In this document: one piece after another, positions 58,346 to 64,000 of the stretch
Layout: each line of letters begins with the position of its first letter
Position numbering within the stretch: the first letter of the stretch is position 1
Assembly: GCA_963666835.2 (NCBI GenBank)
Contig: CAXXGO010000006.1
Span: forward strand, 64,001-128,000
Direction of reading: 5' to 3'
Origin: Phycisphaerae bacterium
GTDB lineage: Bacteria > Planctomycetota > Phycisphaerae > UBA1845
DNA length: 64,000 bases
Translations under genes and position numbers: made by a program
Notes under the pieces: generated by a model
What the model was told of the DNA's origin: nothing
The model's input: the letters and a program-made list of their open reading frames with translations, nothing else
The model's database searches: none

Positions 58346-60373
58346 GTGAGCTTTTTGAGCCCAATGGCGATTGCGATTGCAGCGGCGGCCACCATTCCTC
58401 CGCTCGTCGCTCTCTATTTCCTGAAGCTCAAACGCGACGTGCGCCTCGTCCCCTCCACGCTGCTGTGGAAGCGGGCTGTCGAAGATCTGCACGTGAACTC
58501 GCCTTTCCAGCGCTTGCGGCGCAGCCTTCTGTTGCTGTTGCAGTTGCTGGTATTGATTGCCGCGGCCATAGCCCTGGGCAAGCCGATGCTGCAGACAACC
58601 GAAAGTCATTTGGACACCGTAATCATCCTGATAGACCAGTCAGCTTCGATGAATGTGGTAGAAGCCGACGGTCGCAGTCGGTTGGAGCGAGCAAAGGAGC
58701 AGGCCAAGCGTTGCGTCGATAACCTGGGCGATGACGCCCGTGCCATGGTCATCGCCTTTTGCGATCGGGCGACGGTAGTGTCATCATTCGACACCGACCG
58801 CGCGGCTTTGAAGCGGAAGATCGACTCGGTAGAACCGACGGACAGTTCGTCTACCTTGGGCGAAGCGATGAGCCTGGCCGAGGCGTATACTCAGAACATC
58901 ATCATCGGTGGCGACGAGGCCGGTGCCGACAAGCCGCCGGACTCGACCGCGCCGCCGGCGTCGGTTTTTCTGTTTACAGACGGTCGGGTTCAGGATTCCG
59001 AACATGTGGCGCTTCAGAAGTTCGCCCTCGATAAGATCAGCGTAACCAACGTAGCCCGCCGTAGCGACAACGTCGGCATAATCGCGATGGACGCCCGCCG
59101 GGACTATGAACGGCCGGAGATTCTGGAAGTGGCCGCCACGGTCGAGAACTTCGGACCCGAGCCGGTAACCGTCGACGCGGTGTTGTATATCGACGGGCAG
59201 AACGTCGACGTGCAGACCGTGCGCCTCGAGGCCGCGTTTGAGAAGGTGGAGGACGACTCGGCGAGACCGCCCCGCCCCGCGGAGAATCGGATGGGGATTA
59301 TTGCGTTCGACGACATCGAATTCGGCGGCAGCGGGGTCGTAGAGGTTGTCCTGCGCATAGACGACGCCTTGTCGACGGACGACCGGGCCTGGACGGTCAT
59401 CGAAGAGCCCAAGAGTGTTCGGTTGCTGCTGGTGACCGCGGGCAACATGTTCCTGGAGAGTATCCTCTCCTCGCTTGAGATCGAAATGGTGCTGATGACG
59501 CCTGCGGAATACGAACGTGCTCCCGATGACGCGTTGCAGGATGGCCAGCATAGCACGTTTGACGTCGTAATGATGGACCGGCATTCCACGGAACGGCTGC
59601 CGCGGGGAAACTACATGTTCTGGGGCGGGGTCCCCCTGATCGAGGGAGTGGCGGCCGGGCGGGTTATCGAAGACGAGGTCATCTTCAATTGGGACGAGAC
59701 GCATCCGCTGCTTCGGCACGTGGCCGTGGAGACTTTGCAGGTGTACGAGTGGTTGAAGCTCGATCTGCCGCCGGAAGCCGTGTCGATTGTAGATGGGGAA
59801 ACGAGTTCGGTTATCGCCTTGCTCGCGCGGGATGCCAGCCAGTATCTGATCAGTGCCTTCAGTCTGATCGTGGACGATGAAGAGGCGGGCGGTCCGATGG
59901 TGAATACCTATTGGCCCACTACGGTCGACTTCGTCGTATTCGTTCAGAACTCCGTACAGTACCTGGCGGGGAATGCGGCCGCGGTCGGCCGCCGGAGTAT
60001 CCGCCCGGGCGATCCGGTCATACTGCCGATTCCCAAAAGGACGCGCCAGGTGAAAATCCACCGGCCGGACGGCGTGACCGAGTCGCTGTCGGCCGCGGGT
60101 TACGAAACGCTGCACTACGCTCGGACCCGCCGGGTCGGCACGTATCGGGCGGAGCCCGGGCTACGCGGGCGCGACGTCTTCGCCGTCAACCTGTTCAACA
60201 CGGTGGAGAGCCGAATCGAGCCCGCGGAGGCTCTTACCCTGGGAGCGCAATCGGTTGAGGCTCGGGCCGGCACTATTGAAGTCAACAATCCGGCCTGGCG
60301 TTATCTGCTCCTGGCCGCTCTGGTATTTCTGCTTGTGGAATGGGTCATTTACAATCGGCGCGTTTTCGTTTGA
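58346..60373 (+). CDS. BatA-domain / vWA domain membrane protein
   Basis: MSFLSP...LYFLK...PSTLLW, MIDAS DQSASM, FTDG, C-terminal TM WRYLLLAALVFLLVEW. Confidence 0.88.
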   Translation: MSFLSPMAIAIAAAATIPPLVALYFLKLKRDVRLVPSTLLWKRAVEDLHVNSPFQRLRRSLLLLLQLLVLIAAAIALGKPMLQTTESHLDTVIILIDQSASMNVVEADGRSRLERAKEQAKRCVDNLGDDARAMVIAFCDRATVVSSFDTDRAALKRKIDSVEPTDSSSTLGEAMSLAEAYTQNIIIGGDEAGADKPPDSTAPPASVFLFTDGRVQDSEHVALQKFALDKISVTNVARRSDNVGIIAMDARRDYERPEILEVAATVENFGPEPVTVDAVLYIDGQNVDVQTVRLEAAFEKVEDDSARPPRPAENRMGIIAFDDIEFGGSGVVEVVLRIDDALSTDDRAWTVIEEPKSVRLLLVTAGNMFLESILSSLEIEMVLMTPAEYERAPDDALQDGQHSTFDVVMMDRHSTERLPRGNYMFWGGVPLIEGVAAGRVIEDEVIFNWDETHPLLRHVAVETLQVYEWLKLDLPPEAVSIVDGETSSVIALLARDASQYLISAFSLIVDDEEAGGPMVNTYWPTTVDFVVFVQNSVQYLAGNAAAVGRRSIRPGDPVILPIPKRTRQVKIHRPDGVTESLSAAGYETLHYARTRRVGTYRAEPGLRGRDVFAVNLFNTVESRIEPAEALTLGAQSVEARAGTIEVNNPAWRYLLLAALVFLLVEWVIYNRRVFV

Positions 60374-60433
60374 TCATCGGACTGCACGGTTTCGGCGGAT
60401 GAGGTTCTCTCGGCACGGGTCACGGGGAGTGCG

Positions 60434-61480
60434 GTGAAAAGGCTCAAGGCGGCGTTGATCGGGCTGGCAGGCGTGGGGGGTGATTATCTTTCCGCGCTTC
60501 AGGCGGATGACCTGTTCGAAGTCGTGGCCGTGGCGGACCGTGACGCTGCGCTTCTGCGGCAATGCACGGAAGGCACCTCTTTGCGGCAGTACGCGGACTA
60601 CCGTTCTTTGATCGTGGAAATGGGGCACGCCGGGTTGGATGCTCTTTTCGTTGCGGCGGAGTCGTTTCGGTCTTTCGAGTACATGGAGGCGGCCGCCGAG
60701 CGCGGGATCGCCGTATTTCACAAAGCTCCGCCGGCCCGCAACGTGGACGAGGCCCGGCGCTTGGCGGAGTGGTTCTCCGGTAAGGGGCGGTCATTTGTGG
60801 TGCCGCGCCTTTGGCAGTGTGATCCGGCGTTCGCCTGCCTGATTGATCCGGCGGAGCCCATAGGCCGCGTCTGCACCGCCGTTGCGGAGGTACGCACGAC
60901 GGCCGGATCGCAGGGTTGGCGCGGCGACTCGGTTCGCGCCGGTGGTGGAGTTCTGCTAAACAGCGCTTATGAGCAGGTAGATATGCTGGTGGCTCTGCTG
61001 GGCGTGCCGGAGTCGGTGTACGCCCAGTGCGGAGCGACCGCCCTGCCGGGCACGGCGCGCAATTACGATACCGAAGACACCATGCTGGTGAGCCTGCGTT
61101 TCGCCGGGGATCGCATCGCGTCGGTTGCCGCGTGGCGCGGGGCTCCGGCGCCGCATTCGCGAGTAGCTTTGATCGGAACCCAAGGCCTGGCCGAGGTCTT
61201 CCCCGACCGTCTGGAACTTGCCCTTGCGGGTGGAGCTACGGAATCTAACGTAGTGCGGACCGTGCCGCCGGTAGCCGGCGCCGTACACGCCTTCGGAGTC
61301 GCCCGATTGGCCGAGGACCCCCCGGAGGATCAACCGGACGACGGGTGCCTCGCGCGTCCTGCCGCTACCCCTGCTCCGAAGCTGGAGGTCGAGGATTACG
61401 TAGCGACCATGGCCGTAATCGAGGCCGCATACCTTGCCGCCAAGACCGACGAGCCCGAATCACCCAGCCGCTGGCTGTGA
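60434..61480 (+). CDS. Gfo/Idh/MocA family oxidoreductase
   Basis: ALIGLAGVG, WRGDSVRAGGGVLLN, EDT; the usual EKP motif is degenerate (HKAPP). Confidence 0.75.
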   Translation: MKRLKAALIGLAGVGGDYLSALQADDLFEVVAVADRDAALLRQCTEGTSLRQYADYRSLIVEMGHAGLDALFVAAESFRSFEYMEAAAERGIAVFHKAPPARNVDEARRLAEWFSGKGRSFVVPRLWQCDPAFACLIDPAEPIGRVCTAVAEVRTTAGSQGWRGDSVRAGGGVLLNSAYEQVDMLVALLGVPESVYAQCGATALPGTARNYDTEDTMLVSLRFAGDRIASVAAWRGAPAPHSRVALIGTQGLAEVFPDRLELALAGGATESNVVRTVPPVAGAVHAFGVARLAEDPPEDQPDDGCLARPAATPAPKLEVEDYVATMAVIEAAYLAAKTDEPESPSRWL

Positions 61481-61594
61481 CCTGAGCCACCCGTCGAGCT
61501 GGGTGGCATCGCGTGCGCGTCTTTGTAGCGGTTCGAATCCGCCACCGCTAAAGCGATGGGCCACCCGACGTGATTCCATGAAAGAGGGCTTACC

Positions 61595-62575
61595 TTACGA
61601 AGGCACCTCTCGCCGGCGCAGAAACACTTGTGTGCCAACCGTCAGAGCTAGTAACGTCATAATCACAAAGCCCCACTCCGAGACGGCCGGTACCGGACCG
61701 CTGGTTTGGCAGACCTCTACATAATCGATCTCGTATGCGTAGATCTCGTTCTCGCCAATCGTGTTCACCGGCTGAAGATCGGCGCTGTATGCGTCCATCC
61801 AACCGGCGTCCGGTGCCCAGAAGTTGAAATATAGCGACATGGGCTCATCCGGCACGATATCGGGGTCCCTCACCGTCCGCAGCACGACCTCGCCGTTAAC
61901 CGGATCGAGCCAGGTCCATCTGATGCTCGGTGCCGTCGCGCACCAATAGATCCGAAACGTATTCCATTCCGTCATATCAAGTCCGTCGGGGTATACGTAT
62001 TCCGGATGTTGGGCCGATTCGTTCCATGCATTCGTCAATGCAGGATCACCGGCCGGGTAAGAAACGTCGTCGTTAATCTTGTTGGTCACATATTCATAAT
62101 CAATCTCGTCCGAGAAGGCCCCATCATAGCCGTAAAGAAAGAACGAAGCCACCAGCCCATCCGGGGGTGGCAAGTATGGAGAGACTGTGTTGAACCGAAC
62201 CCGAGCCTCAAAATAGTAACAACTGTCCGGGGAAAATTCGAGAACCGTATGAATTTCTCCACCGAGAAATACCGTGTTAGGATCACCCAAGTCATACGGG
62301 TTGTAGAGATGGTGTTCGATAATACAGACACCGTTCTCCACCCGGGGGAACTCACCCGTTCCCAGCCAGGGGTTGGGATCTGGGAAATGTGTGCGACCTT
62401 GCACCCACCACGGTTCCCCCGGGTGATTGACCACCCAATCCGCAGGATCGGGCATGCCGGACGGGGGGTCATCGAAGTCGTCGTGCAGAATAACCGTTTG
62501 GCACGTGTCGCCCCAAACCGAACCGCAGCCAAACAACACAAACGCCGCCACAATGCCAGTCAATGAACGTTTCAT
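61595..62575 (-). CDS. GH16-like protein with IPTL-CTERM-like sorting signal
   Basis: DEIDYE motif, LYFNFW, YEIDYVEV; C-terminal VPAVSEWG + TM + RRR; GGAGG RBS before ATG 62575. Confidence 0.75.
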   Translation of the reverse strand: MKRSLTGIVAAFVLFGCGSVWGDTCQTVILHDDFDDPPSGMPDPADWVVNHPGEPWWVQGRTHFPDPNPWLGTGEFPRVENGVCIIEHHLYNPYDLGDPNTVFLGGEIHTVLEFSPDSCYYFEARVRFNTVSPYLPPPDGLVASFFLYGYDGAFSDEIDYEYVTNKINDDVSYPAGDPALTNAWNESAQHPEYVYPDGLDMTEWNTFRIYWCATAPSIRWTWLDPVNGEVVLRTVRDPDIVPDEPMSLYFNFWAPDAGWMDAYSADLQPVNTIGENEIYAYEIDYVEVCQTSGPVPAVSEWGFVIMTLLALTVGTQVFLRRREVPS

Positions 62576-62906
62576 GTACTCTACCTCCAGAATGGACACC
62601 TACCAAGATCTGTGTTCACTTCCGCAACGAAGGCCCTCCGAAATGTCTGGGTCGGCCTGTGCGGCATTCTAGGCGGCCACGTACAACTCCGCAAGCGAAA
62701 ACCACGGCTTGGCGAGAACGGCGACAGGTTTCTAAGGCAGCCCTCCACCAAGGTTCGTTCGAGCTCTCGGGCGCTGAACGGTATGATACCTACTCCGCGT
62801 GGGCGGTATCCACCGGGCCTAAGCGGTGCGCAATCAGCACAGCAAGTATCAAACGGGGGCGCTTGTCCGATATGCAATGTCGGCTGGGCAGAAACAGGAG
62901 CTTCGC

Positions 62907-63416
62907 ATGGCCGTGAACATCGAAATCAAGGCTCGGGCGACGGACTTCTTGCGGCAACGCGAACTAGCCGGCGGAATCAGCGATTCCCCGGTCGAGCTGC
63001 TCGAGCAGACCGATACGTTCTTTGTGGTTGGGAACGGGCGGCTGAAGCTGCGGGAGTTCGCCGACGCCGACGCCGAGCTGATCCACTACTGGCGCCCGGA
63101 TCAAGCCGGGCCGAAGAAATCCGAATACACCATCGTACCGGTGCCGGACCCGGCACTTCTCAAGTCGGTTCTGTCGGCCGCGCTGGGGACCCGCGGCGTC
63201 GTGCGAAAGCGCCGCCATCTGTACCTTGTCGGGCACACGAAGATTCACTTCGACGAGGTGGTCGACCTGGGTGAGTTCATAGAGCTGGAGGTGGTCTGCT
63301 CGACCCAAGAGCAACAACGCCAAGGTCCAATCGTAGCCCGCGGGTTGATGAAACAACTGGAAATCGTCGAGGCCGACCTGATCGATCGTCCCTACATCGA
63401 CCTGCTGGGGAACTAA
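62907..63416 (+). CDS. CYTH domain protein (class IV adenylate cyclase-like)
   Basis: NIEIKAR, QTDTFF, LKLRE, KRRHLY, FIELEV, YIDLL. Confidence 0.88.
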   Translation: MAVNIEIKARATDFLRQRELAGGISDSPVELLEQTDTFFVVGNGRLKLREFADADAELIHYWRPDQAGPKKSEYTIVPVPDPALLKSVLSAALGTRGVVRKRRHLYLVGHTKIHFDEVVDLGEFIELEVVCSTQEQQRQGPIVARGLMKQLEIVEADLIDRPYIDLLGN

Positions 63417-63468
63417 TGCTCTGTCACCCGTGAAGGTCCGGGTCTAATCCACCCTATGTCCCGTCCCA

Positions 63469-63918
63469 GCACTGCTCAAGAGCAGTGGCACAGCCGGCGT
63501 AGACCTTCATACAACGCACTTTCTTGTAGGGCAGGTCGAGGAACGAGACCTGCCGCAGTCCACGCGCAACATACGCCATTGGTGGCAGGTCTCGTTCCTC
63601 GACCGTGCCCTACGGGAGCTGACAAGGCTGCGGCACGTCAGAGCCCGCAGCGCTAACGCGACAGGCAACCCGGGCGGGTGTGCGGCAATGCTCGGCGCGG
63701 CGAACCACGCCGAAGGCGTTGCGCCCTACAGCCCAGGGTTGCCGCGCAGCGGCTACCCTGGGATCACGGTTACATCAAGGATGAACCCCAACGGGGTTCC
63801 GGCGTTGTTCAACCCACTTCGGGGTTGGTGCGTTAGGGGCTCGGCGACCCAGGGTGGCACTGCGCGGCTACGCCGCTTCGTTTACCCTGGGCTTTGCTGT
63901 TTAACGCCTTCGGCGTAG
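63469..63918. repeat. REP cluster: inverted GTAG pair plus palindromic MITE-like element
   Basis: GCACTGCTCAAGAGCAGTGGCAC at 63469; inverted REP pair 63526-63613; ACGCCGAAGGCGTT...AACGCCTTCGGCGT-bounded element at about 63706-63917. Confidence 0.8.
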
Positions 63919-64000
63919 GTGCAAAAAGGGAATAATGAAAGGTTGAAAGGTGGGGCAGTCACCGTCTTTCGTTTTTCGGGGTGGCCGGATTCGCGTTGGT

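Noticed and set aside
3534..60115. Long antisense ORFs (e.g. 3534-4577, 5436-6863, 27271-28635, 57355-58395, 58784-60115)
   Set aside because: Shadow frames of well-supported genes in GC-rich DNA, with no recognisable motifs.

Overview
GC-rich bacterial chromosomal DNA, most likely Planctomycetota/Phycisphaerae (inferred from gene content, not from a marker gene). It encodes a split LKR + SDH saccharopine lysine-catabolic pair and several large secreted proteins, most with dockerin-like C-termini (M10, M4 and S8 proteases, FG-GAP and beta-helix proteins). It also has a tricorn S41 protease, a PutP-like symporter, a tetraheme cytochrome c, ispD with a PIN/TRAM gene, a NatA/NatB-CPBP ABC system, two PAS histidine kinases, DUF58/vWA genes, a CYTH protein and an ABC-ATPase/acetyltransferase fusion cut off by the left edge. 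Intergenic spaces are dense in several families of short REP-like hairpins assembled into BIME-like tandem arrays; no RAYT transposase is in the window. The most striking element is a 910-nt ORF-less group II intron (31735->30826, minus strand) inserted at the foot of one REP hairpin. Its EBS1 loop is complementary to the REP sequence, and an empty copy of the target site lies at 16621-16692. No tRNA, rRNA or CRISPR array was recognised. All calls are by eye, without database searches.
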